Shown: piece by piece, positions 1 through 10,078 of the stretch
Layout: every line of letters begins with the position of its first letter
Numbering within the stretch: the stretch's first letter is position 1
NCBI GenBank assembly: GCA_958402075.1
Contig: CATXSD010000002.1
Coordinates: 8,273-72,272 of the forward strand
Source of the DNA: Mediterranea massiliensis
GTDB lineage: Bacteria; Bacteroidota; Bacteroidia; Bacteroidales; Bacteroidaceae
Direction of reading: 5' to 3'
Length of the DNA stretch: 64,000 bases
The notes under the pieces: model-generated
Seen by the model: only the letters and a program-made list of their open reading frames with translations
The model's database searches: none
Told to the model about the DNA's origin: nothing
Position numbers and translations under genes: made by a program

Positions 1-1
1 C

Positions 2-28
2 ATGGTGGGTGTAAACGTGAATTTCTAA
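2..28 (+). CDS. SusC-like TonB-dependent transporter, extreme C-terminus only (gene starts before window)
   Basis: Frame 2 reads MVGVNVNF*, an alternating beta-strand ending in Phe, 25 bp upstream of a SusD gene. Confidence 0.75.
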   Translation: MVGVNVNF

Positions 29-53
29 CTCGTAACACAGGAGATTTAAAGAT

Positions 54-1721
54 ATGAAAACAAGAAATATATTGACCAGTGCCCTCCTGGCACTTACGAC
101 TATCGGTTGTACCGATTTGAACGTAGAGATAGAATCTCAATATACGGAAATGCCTGATTCGGAAATAGCCATTCAGGCCCAAATGAGCAACGCCTTCTAT
201 TCATTCCGTGCGGCTATCGGGCGTCGTTTCGATGAAGGTGTATCCTGCAACTCGGATGAATATACCGCTGTCAGCTTCGACGGCGACTATCTGAACAACC
301 GTGATATGGCAAACTTCTCGTTGCACATGATCAGCCCGACAAACTCAGCTGCCCAATTGGACGTATTCAACGAATTACAAACAGGTATCACAAATTGCAA
401 CCGTGTTATGTTTGACTTGAGTGCAGGCGGCGTTTCTGAAGAAGACCTGGCACCTGTACGTGCCGTACGCGCGTTCTATCACTTCATGATCATGGACCAC
501 TGGGGTGATACGCCTATCATTGACCACTTGCTGGGTGATGACGAACAGATAGACCGCTCTCCGCGAGCTGACGTTGCCCGCTGGATTGAATCGGAATTGC
601 TCGCTGTCCGCGACAACTGCTACGAAAATGTAGATGCATCGACCTATGGCAAGCCGACCCGCTGGATGGTAGACGCCCTGCTGGCCAAGCTGTATATCAA
701 CTGGAACGTATATACCAAAGACGTGACCAGTGCAAGCTGGGATCCCAATGCAGCTAATGAAAAGCTGAATGATTGTATCGCAGCCTGTGACCGCGTCATC
801 GCTTCTGGTTACTTCAACCTGAACGACGACTACAAGACAAAGTTCATGTACAACAACGGTTCGCAAATCAAAGATTTCATTTATGCCATGCCGTTTGATG
901 CTGAAACCGTTCAAGGTATGACTTTTGCACGTTTCCGCACTTGGCGTCGCGGACAGAACAGTAATGGTTTCTACAGCATTGAGATGACAAATTCAGTAGG
1001 TGGTAATATGACATTAACTCCTGAGTTTGTTGAATTGTTCTGCTTGCCCGGTGACCGCCGTAACGACGTGATTGCCGGTAGTACCGGCGAAAACATTGGG
1101 TTGCCCTCTTTCGATGTTTATCAGTATGACAATGCAACCGGCGAACCGACCAATATCCGCAACACTTATGGTGGCGAGAACGTAACCTTTACAAAGTCTA
1201 TCACACTGGTGAGCAGACCGACGGCTGAACCTCCCGTATACCCCAACGCAGACTTAAACTGTGGCGCTGATCTGACTGGCTGGACACAGGGCTATCGCTC
1301 CATCAAGTTCTTCCCGGACATCAACGACTATAACAACTTCAGCCGTAATCAGGACAACGATGTACCTATCTTCCGTTATGCTGACGTCATTCTGATGAAA
1401 TGTGAAGCCATCACCCGTGGTGGTGCAGCTACCAACGGCGATACTCCGATGAGCCTGTTCAACCAAATCCGCGCCTATGTAAATGCTCCGCTGCTGGATC
1501 ATAATCCGAGCCTTCAGGAAATCCTGGATGAGCGTGGTCGTGAGTTCCTCGACGAACACTGGCGTCGTAACGACTTGATCCGTTTCGGTGACTTTGAGCG
1601 CGACTGGGGCTTCAAGTATGACTTCAACCCCGATGCAGCCAACCCGCAATACCGCTTGTGGCCGTTGAGTGTTAATGTACTGAACACTAACACCAACTGG
1701 ACTCAAAACGCAGGATACTAA
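54..1721 (+). CDS. susD: RagB/SusD family outer-membrane glycan-binding lipoprotein
   Basis: Lipobox LTTIGC; SusD motifs RAFYHF, LLAKLY, FRYADVILMKCEA, ERGREF..E..RRNDLIRFG, C-terminal QNAGY. Confidence 0.95.
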   Translation: MKTRNILTSALLALTTIGCTDLNVEIESQYTEMPDSEIAIQAQMSNAFYSFRAAIGRRFDEGVSCNSDEYTAVSFDGDYLNNRDMANFSLHMISPTNSAAQLDVFNELQTGITNCNRVMFDLSAGGVSEEDLAPVRAVRAFYHFMIMDHWGDTPIIDHLLGDDEQIDRSPRADVARWIESELLAVRDNCYENVDASTYGKPTRWMVDALLAKLYINWNVYTKDVTSASWDPNAANEKLNDCIAACDRVIASGYFNLNDDYKTKFMYNNGSQIKDFIYAMPFDAETVQGMTFARFRTWRRGQNSNGFYSIEMTNSVGGNMTLTPEFVELFCLPGDRRNDVIAGSTGENIGLPSFDVYQYDNATGEPTNIRNTYGGENVTFTKSITLVSRPTAEPPVYPNADLNCGADLTGWTQGYRSIKFFPDINDYNNFSRNQDNDVPIFRYADVILMKCEAITRGGAATNGDTPMSLFNQIRAYVNAPLLDHNPSLQEILDERGREFLDEHWRRNDLIRFGDFERDWGFKYDFNPDAANPQYRLWPLSVNVLNTNTNWTQNAGY

Positions 1722-1779
1722 TCACTCAAAATAAGGTTTTATAAGGTAAAAACAAGCGATTGTTTTTAGAGTAAACAAG

Positions 1780-1902
1780 GAAGCTCCGTGTAACCGGAGG
1801 TGTAAAAACATTAAGTTTTCATTCCCCCCTTCCCAGAGGGGGGAATTTAGTCACCCATCTCTATTCTGACACACCTCTGCAAATGCACGGAGCTTCTATT
1901 TT
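1780..1902 (+). terminator. Nested stem-loop element after susD (terminator or processing structure)
   Basis: Outer IR gaagctccgtg 1780-1790 / cacggagcttc 1886-1896 followed by tatttt; middle stem gaggtgt 1797-1803 / acacctc 1871-1877; inner stem attcccccct 1821-1830 / aggggggaat 1837-1846. Confidence 0.6.
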
Positions 1903-2070
1903 ACCACTCTAAAGAATCACAGAGACAGAACCATGCACCAACTTCCTACAAGGATAATGTCATCTTTCCGATAGCAGCAGCCGGCAGGCTCTTCCAGAAG
2001 CCCGCCCGTTTCTGCTATTTGTCTTTTTATCACGTTACAAACAAACATCATTATATAAGCCATAAGCATT

Positions 2071-4383
2071 ATGAGAATATTCCGAACCTTATCCTGCGTC
2101 CTGCTGGCATGCTGCCTGGCAAACACAGGAATGGCCACAACGGCACCGCACAATCCGGCTGCCGAATTGACGGCTTCACAAGATTCCTATCCGCTGTCCC
2201 GATACGTCGACCCGCGCATCGGCTCCGAAGGACTGGGACGCGTATTTATCGGTCCCTCCTGCCCCTTCGGCATGGTGAAACCCTCGCCCGACTGTACACC
2301 CTCGCCCAACAGCGGCTGGCTGCCCATGCCCGCACGGGTGGACGGCTTTGCCCAGGTACACGTCAGTGGGACGGGCGGCGGCCCCAAGTACGGCAACATC
2401 CTTGTAGCGCCCTTCTGCGGCGCACTGGACCGCACACAGCACATCGACTACCGCGAGTACGAAAACATCCGCCTGGGCTACTACGACACCCGCTTCCAGC
2501 AGAGCGGCATCCGGACGGAGATAACGACTGCCGAACGGGCCTCGTTCTACCGCTTCACCTATCCGCAGGCCGACAAGTCGCTGGCCATTGACGCAGGCTT
2601 CTTCCTGGGCGAAAGCCCTGTACCCGATACACGCGAGGCACAGCAGTTTGTCGGTTCCGAAATACAGATCCTCTCCGACCACGAGGTATGCGGCTACACC
2701 CGCATCCGTGGAGGTTGGAACAACGGTAGGGCCTACACCGTGTACTTCTATGCAGAGACCGACCAACCCTTCAGCGAAACGGCCACCTGGAAAGGCGACA
2801 GCATCACTACAGACCATACCCAATATGATACCCACCAGAAGACCGGTGCCCTGCTCCGCTTCCAGGGCGACAGCCATACGCTGCAACTCAAGGTTGGCAT
2901 TTCCTTCCTGAGCTGTCTGCGGGCCAAAGCCAATGCACACAACGAAATTCCCCACTGGTCGTTCGAGGAAGTACACAATCGACTGCTGGCCCAATGGGAA
3001 GCCCTCTTCTCGAAAATAGAGATAGACGAAAAAGCCCCCGAGGCTCACAAACGGATGTTCTACACCGGCCTGTACCACACCATGCTGATGCCGGTAGACC
3101 GTACCGGAGAGAATCCGTTGTGGAGCGATCCGGAGCCCTATTACGACGACTTCTACGCCATTTGGGACACCTACCGCACCTCCTCTCCGCTCATCACCCT
3201 CATCGACCCCGACAGGGAAGTGAGCATCGTCCGCTCGCTGGTGAACATCTACAAACGCGACGGCTACATGCCCGATGCCCGCAGTGGCAACTGCAACGGA
3301 CGTACGCAAGGCGGCTCGAATGCAGAAATCGTCATCGCCGACGCCTTTGTGAAGGGACTGAAAGGCATTGACTACGAACTGGCCCTGCAAGCCATGCTGA
3401 AGGACGCCACGGCAGACCCGGGCGCCAACCATGAAGCGGAGGGACGCGGCGGACTGTGCGAATACCTGGAGTTGGGCTATGTGCCCTGGGGTATCGACCG
3501 CGCCGGCAACCGTACCGTAGAATACAGCTACTGTGACTATGCCATTGCCACCGTGGCAAAAGGACTGGGCAAAGACGACCTCTACCGCCACTACCTGAAA
3601 CAAAGCGGCAACTGGAAGAACCTGTGGCGCGGCGACTACCGGCACAGCGGAGCACAAGGGTTCATCATGCCGCGCGACGCACAGGGACAATGGCTGGACA
3701 GCCTGCCCTACGGCCACAGCCGCGTGATGCAGCCCAAATACGTCTACACGCCCATGACCTTCGAAGGCCCCTGGTACACACCCTGGTGGAGTATGTTCTT
3801 CTATGAAGCCTCCTCGTGGGAATACTCGTTGAGCATCCCCCACGACGTACCGGGACTGATTGCCAAATGCGGAGGCCCGCAAGCCTTCGAACAGCGGCTG
3901 GACACGTTCTTCATCCGCAAGTACTACAACGTGAACAACGAGCCTTCGTTCCTCACACCCTGCCTTTACCACTGGCTGGGCAAGCCCTGGCGGAGCAGCG
4001 ACCGCATCCACACCATTCTGAAAGAGAGTTACAACGACGGTCCCGTAGGACTGCCGGGCAACGACGACTCGGGAGCCATGTCGTCGTGGCTGGCTTTCCA
4101 CATGATGGGTCTCTACCCCAATGCGGGACAGGACTACTATCTCATCAACACACCGCTGCTGCGCACCACGACCCTGCACCTGGAGGGCGGACATGACTTC
4201 CGTATCGTGGCCGAAGGACTTTCGGAGAAGAACCGCTACATCCAGAGCGCCACACTGAACGGCCAGGACTATCCCTACTCCACCCTGCGCCACAAGGACC
4301 TGACGGCGGGCGGTACGCTGGTACTGAAAATGGGAAAGAAACCCTCGGAATGGGGAAAGGAAATGTTCAAACCTGAAAAATAA
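2071..4383 (+). CDS. GH92 family alpha-mannosidase, secreted
   Basis: Signal peptide; YVDPRIG, PFGMVKPSPD, WDTYR, RTVEYSYCDY, FYEASSWEY, NEPS, LPGNDDSGAMSSW motifs. Confidence 0.95.
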   Translation: MRIFRTLSCVLLACCLANTGMATTAPHNPAAELTASQDSYPLSRYVDPRIGSEGLGRVFIGPSCPFGMVKPSPDCTPSPNSGWLPMPARVDGFAQVHVSGTGGGPKYGNILVAPFCGALDRTQHIDYREYENIRLGYYDTRFQQSGIRTEITTAERASFYRFTYPQADKSLAIDAGFFLGESPVPDTREAQQFVGSEIQILSDHEVCGYTRIRGGWNNGRAYTVYFYAETDQPFSETATWKGDSITTDHTQYDTHQKTGALLRFQGDSHTLQLKVGISFLSCLRAKANAHNEIPHWSFEEVHNRLLAQWEALFSKIEIDEKAPEAHKRMFYTGLYHTMLMPVDRTGENPLWSDPEPYYDDFYAIWDTYRTSSPLITLIDPDREVSIVRSLVNIYKRDGYMPDARSGNCNGRTQGGSNAEIVIADAFVKGLKGIDYELALQAMLKDATADPGANHEAEGRGGLCEYLELGYVPWGIDRAGNRTVEYSYCDYAIATVAKGLGKDDLYRHYLKQSGNWKNLWRGDYRHSGAQGFIMPRDAQGQWLDSLPYGHSRVMQPKYVYTPMTFEGPWYTPWWSMFFYEASSWEYSLSIPHDVPGLIAKCGGPQAFEQRLDTFFIRKYYNVNNEPSFLTPCLYHWLGKPWRSSDRIHTILKESYNDGPVGLPGNDDSGAMSSWLAFHMMGLYPNAGQDYYLINTPLLRTTTLHLEGGHDFRIVAEGLSEKNRYIQSATLNGQDYPYSTLRHKDLTAGGTLVLKMGKKPSEWGKEMFKPEK

Positions 4384-4393
4384 AGAAAGGAAT

Positions 4394-4936
4394 ATGAAAC
4401 AAAAAATAGCTATGACTCTGCTCCTCCTGTGTATTGCCCTGGGAGGAGCCGCCCAAAACGCGCTGCCCGACACGCTGCTCTTCGTATTCAAGCTGCACGG
4501 ACAGACGCGCAAGTATGAAATGACCTTTACGCCCAAGAACGATGCTGTCGTCCTGAACTGGCGCATCCTGCGCAACCTGCACTGGCAGACAGGCACGTAC
4601 ACCCTGACGCCCCAGGCCCTGCAAAAGGCAACCTTGCTGAGCTTCCTCATGCCTGAGGACAAACGGCACGTCACGCTGCCCGACGACCAGACGGCCTATC
4701 TCCTGTCGCAGGAAGCCTACCGCAGCCTCAAGGCCCGGCAGCGCTTCGCCTATAACCACACGGAATACGAGCTGCTGGACAGTAACGAACGGGCCGCAGG
4801 CTTCGCACTGCTGCACGTGCGCGACATCCTGGAAGGTGGAGAGATGTGGATTCTGGACAATCCCTCCCTACCCCTCGTATGGAGCATGCAGAACAATCCG
4901 TTGGAGATAAACTGGCGGGTGGAAATCAAACAATAA
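4394..4936 (+). CDS. Hypothetical secreted protein (180 aa)
   Basis: Starts 10 bp after the GH92 stop; typical signal peptide MKQKIAMTLLLLCIALGGAAQ; codon usage like neighbours; family not recognised. Confidence 0.8.
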   Translation: MKQKIAMTLLLLCIALGGAAQNALPDTLLFVFKLHGQTRKYEMTFTPKNDAVVLNWRILRNLHWQTGTYTLTPQALQKATLLSFLMPEDKRHVTLPDDQTAYLLSQEAYRSLKARQRFAYNHTEYELLDSNERAAGFALLHVRDILEGGEMWILDNPSLPLVWSMQNNPLEINWRVEIKQ

Positions 4937-4940
4937 AAAG

Positions 4941-5010
4941 CAGGCACGGACGGCACGGGCATACACAGAGACAAAGACTCTTGTGAAAAGACCCAGGCCA
5001 TCCGTGCCTG
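4941..5010. terminator. Inverted repeat between the convergent PUL arms (probable bidirectional terminator)
   Basis: caggcacgga 4941-4950 / tccgtgcctg 5001-5010, extended by ggc/gcc; A-run to the left. Confidence 0.55.
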
Positions 5011-5022
5011 TCAAACAAAATA

Positions 5023-6282
5023 TCAGTCAACGCCGTCCAGCAATCCCATAAAGTAGCGGCGCAACTCCTTCCAATCATAATAAGGCCCTTCGACGGCAAC
5101 AAGAGGCAGATGCACTTCACGCTCGTTGTGGAGCAGCTTCACCAGCACATCGCCCGATGCATTGCGGAAAAAGACAAGCTGCAGGTTGGCAGCCATCGGC
5201 GAAACGCGGTAGTCCTGCCAGGCCAGATGGAATTTCTCCATATCCTCCTCACGCCCCTCACAACCTTCCACTCCCATCAGGGCAAGCAGCCGGATGAGAT
5301 GGGTATCGTGCCCGAAACGCAGGTCGGCACACGGCTTGCCTCCGGCTATGGCCTTGTCGGCACTCTCGACGATGTTGCACAACAGAGGCACTGCCTGACG
5401 GGGCATCAATCCCCCGTTGAGCGGAGCGGCGGCATTGCACACGTACATGCGGGCATTCACCACCTTCCACAACGACATCAGTTCATCATAGGTAAAGAGA
5501 TCGAAGAAACCGACTCCCTTCAGATGGTCGCAATTCTGCATGTCGATGGCAATCCAATAGATATCTTCCATCAACTTCCGTTGCTGTGCATAAGTCAGGG
5601 GCACGGACGGAGCGACCAGGGCTTTCACAAAACGTTCCGGCTGTATCTGCTCCCGCTCGAAACGACGGAAGTCGGCACGCCAGGCTGCCGTATCGGAACA
5701 GAAAGCTTCAGCTTGGGGCGAGGTATGGGCGATGTAATCCATATAGCTCTGATAGGCCCGACGGCTGACACGCAAACGGGGATTCTGCTCCTTCAAAGCC
5801 TCGGTGAAATAGCTCATGCTCATGGCACAGCGGAGCGACGTGGACGAGCGGGCATCCACCACGGCACTGTCGGCAAAGACCGACGGGAACGAGGCAAACA
5901 TGCGACAGGCAATGTCGTGGTGCTGACGTTCGCCCAACGGCGTGATGTTGCCGCTACGGCCACGGGCGTCTTCCCACACCCGATGCAAACGTTCGCGGAC
6001 ATCCTCGCCCAGCGGAGTGAGAGCCTGTGCCACAGCCAACGAATCGAAAGCGTCGACCACTACCTTGTAATGGGCATCATCGGTACGCCAACGTGAGCCA
6101 TGGCGGCCGTAGTGCGAGATGTAGAACGGTTCAAATCCCGCAGGAGCCGGTGTCTGGCTGACGGCAGGTGCCGGATAGGCAAAATAGATACTGCCCAGTT
6201 CTTCTTCCGTGGGCCTCAGCTGAGCGGTGGCAGTAGCCACCGCACACACGCATATACATAAAAAGAGCGCTATTCTGTTCAT
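5023..6282 (-). CDS. Histidine acid phosphatase (clade 2, phytase-like), secreted
   Basis: SHYGRHGSR active-site motif, FGHDT proton-donor motif, PMAANLQL; signal peptide. Confidence 0.9.
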   Translation of the reverse strand: MNRIALFLCICVCAVATATAQLRPTEEELGSIYFAYPAPAVSQTPAPAGFEPFYISHYGRHGSRWRTDDAHYKVVVDAFDSLAVAQALTPLGEDVRERLHRVWEDARGRSGNITPLGERQHHDIACRMFASFPSVFADSAVVDARSSTSLRCAMSMSYFTEALKEQNPRLRVSRRAYQSYMDYIAHTSPQAEAFCSDTAAWRADFRRFEREQIQPERFVKALVAPSVPLTYAQQRKLMEDIYWIAIDMQNCDHLKGVGFFDLFTYDELMSLWKVVNARMYVCNAAAPLNGGLMPRQAVPLLCNIVESADKAIAGGKPCADLRFGHDTHLIRLLALMGVEGCEGREEDMEKFHLAWQDYRVSPMAANLQLVFFRNASGDVLVKLLHNEREVHLPLVAVEGPYYDWKELRRYFMGLLDGVD

Positions 6283-6305
6283 AATGGTTCAAGCATTAAA
6301 GATTT

Positions 6306-7715
6306 TCATTGGGCCACCACGACATTCGTCGAAGCCTTCTGTTTCAGCAACTCGCCGGAAGCGGCTACCGGACGGGTATCGCCCCACGTCAGACGGGGAC
6401 GGTTGATGAAGATATCACTGGCGGTATCGATATAGAAGCCGTAAACCTTATCGTTCACAAACCCTTCGCCGTCGCACGGACGCTTGTCGTAGACACCGCC
6501 CGGATAGTCCGTACGCTTCAGCAGCTGGAGATTGATGTCATCGAAATAGATGTGGTTCACCTTACCGGGGACATCCCCGCCGACAAAGATACCGTTTTCG
6601 CTGATGCACTTCACATTGGAGAACCAGATGCGGCTCACCTCCCCACAACGGCCTTCGGTAGCGCCCTTGGGGAAACGCCAGCCGGCATCCTTGTGATTGC
6701 CTACGGCACGGGGATAGGAAGTGACGTAGATGGGTTCGGCCTTGCCCCACCACACATCCGACCACAGACGGCAATCGACAATCATGTTGTCGAAGACGAC
6801 ATTCGTCACGGTTCCCTCGTCACGGTTCTGGATGCCGATACCCCGGTTGCTGTCACGGACGATGCAGTTGTTGAACAGGACGTTGTTGATGACATCCATA
6901 TTCTCGGAACCTATCTTGATGGCACATGAACGCGAAACCATGGTACAGTTTGTCACCACAATGTCCTCGCAGGAGCCATATTCCTCAAACTCGCGCCGGT
7001 TCTTCAGACAGATGCAGTCGTCGCCCGACTCAATGTAACAGTTGGCAATGCGCACATGACGGGAATGGTCCACGTCAATGCCGTCGCCGTTGCGTATCTT
7101 CAGGTTGTTGCGGATGCTGATACCGTCGATAACCGCATCCTTGCAACCGATGAGATGGACGGTCCAATAGGGGCTGTTGCAGATGGTGACGTCCCGAACG
7201 ACCAGACGGTCGATGGCTTCCAGCGTCAACACATGCGGACGGGGATCGAAGTCGGTCACGGGCTTCAGTTCGTACGAGTCTTCCAGTTCCTTGCCCATAA
7301 AGGCCACGCCGTTGCCGTCGATGGTACCTGTACCGGTGATGGAAACCTGCTTCAGATTCTTTCCGCTGATCCACATCATGCCTTCGCCCCGGTTCTCACG
7401 GAAAGCGCTCTCGGTATAGACAGTCTCATCGGGATTGGCCAGCAGGCGCGAATTGGCTTCCAGATGCAACTCCACAAACGAGGCCAGCTTGAACGGACTG
7501 CACAGGAAAGTATGGCCCGCCGGCACCAACACCCGACCGCCACCGGCTTTTGTACAGGCATCGACTGCCGCCTGGATAGCCGGTGCATCATCGGCCTTCC
7601 CGTCACCTACGGCCCCGAAATCCATGATGTTGAACACATTGCCCGACTGTTTCTGCCCTCCGCAGGCTGTCAGCAACAAACAACAGAAAACGAAAATAAT
7701 ATTCTTGATATTCAT
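6306..7715 (-). CDS. GH28 family beta-helix glycoside hydrolase, lipoprotein
   Basis: Lipobox LLTAC; DFGAVGDG, NGDGIDVD, SGDDCICLK, IKIGSE motifs. Confidence 0.9.
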   Translation of the reverse strand: MNIKNIIFVFCCLLLTACGGQKQSGNVFNIMDFGAVGDGKADDAPAIQAAVDACTKAGGGRVLVPAGHTFLCSPFKLASFVELHLEANSRLLANPDETVYTESAFRENRGEGMMWISGKNLKQVSITGTGTIDGNGVAFMGKELEDSYELKPVTDFDPRPHVLTLEAIDRLVVRDVTICNSPYWTVHLIGCKDAVIDGISIRNNLKIRNGDGIDVDHSRHVRIANCYIESGDDCICLKNRREFEEYGSCEDIVVTNCTMVSRSCAIKIGSENMDVINNVLFNNCIVRDSNRGIGIQNRDEGTVTNVVFDNMIVDCRLWSDVWWGKAEPIYVTSYPRAVGNHKDAGWRFPKGATEGRCGEVSRIWFSNVKCISENGIFVGGDVPGKVNHIYFDDINLQLLKRTDYPGGVYDKRPCDGEGFVNDKVYGFYIDTASDIFINRPRLTWGDTRPVAASGELLKQKASTNVVVAQ

Positions 7716-7759
7716 ATAGTTAATTTAATGTTCAAAGGTCAATAACCAATCGTCAATTA

Positions 7760-10078
7760 TCAATTCTCCATCACCTCCGGCGGACAGTCCGAAGGCGAGC
7801 TGCCCCATTCGCGGTTGGGTTCCGGTCCCATCTCCAGTTCCAAGACACCGCCCTGCACTATGTCTGCATGACTCAGATAGTTCAGCGTATAGGGACGGCC
7901 GTTCAACGTAACACGCTGGATGTAGATATTCCGGGCAGAAGCCCCCTTGGCCTTGACGGTAAACGGATGTCCTCCCTCGGGACACAGCGTCACAACCGGG
8001 AAGGAAGGACTGGCCAACATATAATAAGGAGTACCCGGACAGACCGGATAGAAGCCCATGGCTGCAAACACATACCAGGCTGACATCTGACCTGCATCGT
8101 CATTGCCAGCCAGACCACCGGGCGTATTATGGTATTCCGTATCCAGAATGTGGCGTACAGCCTGCTGTGTCTTCCACGGCTGTCCGGCATAGTTGAACAT
8201 AAAGGCCACCTGATGGCAAGGTTCATTGCCATGCCAATAGCGTCCTTCGGTAAACATGGAATCAAGCTTGGCAGCATAAACTTCCCGACCACCCATCAAT
8301 GTCATCAGGCCATAGGGATCCTGCGGCACATACCAGGTGTAATGGCATGGAGCCCCTTCGGTAATGAAGCGGGTGAAACGAAAGGCATTGTCGTCGTTCA
8401 GGAACGTACCATCGCCATGACGTCCTTGGGCATAACCGGTACGGGGATCGATAACATTCCGATAATTGCGGGCACGTTCCATCAAAGCCTGGCAGTCGTC
8501 CGTCTTTCCCAAAGAGGCTGCCACCTGGGCCAATGCAAAGTCATCGTAGGCATATTCCAGGGTACGCGACACCTGCTCACAGGTATGGAACGCATCGGGC
8601 ACACTGTCCTCCAACGGAATATAGCCATACTTGACATACGAATCGAGGGCCCGTCGTCCCATACCATTCCGGTATTCCTCCAAAGTGGCCGGACGGTCAA
8701 AAGCATTCTTCCGCATGCCTTCGTAGGCTTTTTCCATGTCAAAGTTTGTAATTCCCTTTACCCAGGCGTCGGCCAAAGCAGCTGTTCCGTGGTCGCCAAT
8801 CATGGCCGAGGTATAACTGTTCCAGCAAGGGAAAATGGGCATCCAGCCGCCTTGTTCGTACTTGCGTACCAGCGACTGCATCATCTCACCGCCCCGCTGC
8901 GGAGTAATCAGATTGACCAGCGGATGCAGGGCACGATACGTGTCCCACAGGCTGTAATCGTCGTAATATGTCTGTCCTTCGGCCAGTTGCATCACCGGCT
9001 TCCCGGTAGCAAAAGCCGGATAACGGCCGTCCACGTCGTTGTATGTACGCGGCAGGAAGCTGGCCCGATAGAAAGCACCGTAGAACTTGGCCAAGGCTTC
9101 CCGGTCATCACTCTCCACCTGAATGAGGCTGAAACGCCGTTCCCAGATATCAGTCAGTTCGTGACGGGTCTGCTCAAAGTCCCAGTGAGGAATCTCCGAC
9201 AGCAGGTTGCGTTGCGCTCCGTCGGCATCCACGAAAGAAGACGCTGCCTTCACGAGCACTTCCTCACCGGCAGCTACATCAAAAGACACATAGGCACCGA
9301 CAGCCGAACGACTATCCTGCTGCAACGCAGCATCGGACAACGAATCGGCAGAAAAGGTTCCATAACCGCTGATTCTCTTCTGGAATTCTACTACAAAATG
9401 CCCACTGAATCCGGCCGGTTGTCCCCACCCCTGATAGATGCGATGAACAGGATTATAGCCATAAATACGGTTGTCCACCGTATCGATGCACACAAAGCCC
9501 TGCCCTTCGTCGCTGTTGGGAGTCACCACCAGATAGGCCTTGCCGGCCTGCTGATAGGTAAAGCGGAAGATAGCCGAATGCGAACGGGCGGTCAGCTCCG
9601 CCCGAATGCCCTCATCGGGCAGGGAAACCGCATAATAGGCCGGTGTAGCCACTTCATCCGCATGGGAGAAACGGGTGGCACGCTCCCCGGCCTGGCAACG
9701 CAGGGTGCCATACAGCGGCATCAGCGTCATGGAGCCGTAGTCCTGGGTACAGCCGCCTACAATCCAATGGGAATTGCGGAATCCCTGAAACAGGCTGTCG
9801 CGATAATAATAGGGGGCAATGCACTTCTCTTCGGAATCACGGGTCTGAGGTGTCCAGAAATTCATGCCATTGGGCTCGAGTACAGCCGGCAAGGTCTGCC
9901 CGTACTCTTCGGTATTCTTGCCGAACATGCCGGCTGTCCGCGTCGTACTGGGCGCCGTACCCACCCGCGTATCTACATACGACAGCCGCGATACTCCGGC
10001 CGGCGCATCGGTACATCCTACGCCACAACAAAGGCTGCATGCAGACAAACCTATAGCAATGAATACAGACCATCTCAT
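7760..10078 (-). CDS. GH92 family alpha-mannosidase, secreted
   Basis: YVDTRVGT, QDYGS, LWDTYRALHPL, SRTLEYAYDD, TEG, HGNEP, LAGNDDAGQMSAW motifs; start overlaps the upstream stop (10075-10078). Confidence 0.95.
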   Translation of the reverse strand: MRWSVFIAIGLSACSLCCGVGCTDAPAGVSRLSYVDTRVGTAPSTTRTAGMFGKNTEEYGQTLPAVLEPNGMNFWTPQTRDSEEKCIAPYYYRDSLFQGFRNSHWIVGGCTQDYGSMTLMPLYGTLRCQAGERATRFSHADEVATPAYYAVSLPDEGIRAELTARSHSAIFRFTYQQAGKAYLVVTPNSDEGQGFVCIDTVDNRIYGYNPVHRIYQGWGQPAGFSGHFVVEFQKRISGYGTFSADSLSDAALQQDSRSAVGAYVSFDVAAGEEVLVKAASSFVDADGAQRNLLSEIPHWDFEQTRHELTDIWERRFSLIQVESDDREALAKFYGAFYRASFLPRTYNDVDGRYPAFATGKPVMQLAEGQTYYDDYSLWDTYRALHPLVNLITPQRGGEMMQSLVRKYEQGGWMPIFPCWNSYTSAMIGDHGTAALADAWVKGITNFDMEKAYEGMRKNAFDRPATLEEYRNGMGRRALDSYVKYGYIPLEDSVPDAFHTCEQVSRTLEYAYDDFALAQVAASLGKTDDCQALMERARNYRNVIDPRTGYAQGRHGDGTFLNDDNAFRFTRFITEGAPCHYTWYVPQDPYGLMTLMGGREVYAAKLDSMFTEGRYWHGNEPCHQVAFMFNYAGQPWKTQQAVRHILDTEYHNTPGGLAGNDDAGQMSAWYVFAAMGFYPVCPGTPYYMLASPSFPVVTLCPEGGHPFTVKAKGASARNIYIQRVTLNGRPYTLNYLSHADIVQGGVLELEMGPEPNREWGSSPSDCPPEVMEN

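Noticed and set aside
2176..4674. 832-aa minus-strand ORF, and similar long antisense ORFs at 8129-10114, 11397-13310, 32022-33284 and 50865-53012
   Set aside because: They shadow well-supported genes on the other strand, show no motifs, and are expected from codon bias
5023..6282. Calling the phosphatase a MINPP orthologue
   Set aside because: The proton-donor motif is HDT rather than the HAE of MINPPs, so inositol-phosphate specificity remains a hypothesis
2071..10078. GH92s as mannose-1-phosphate uncapping enzymes working with the phosphatase on phosphomannan
   Set aside because: Both appear to keep the general-acid Glu (FYEAS, ITEGA), whereas uncapping enzymes have Gln; judged by eye only
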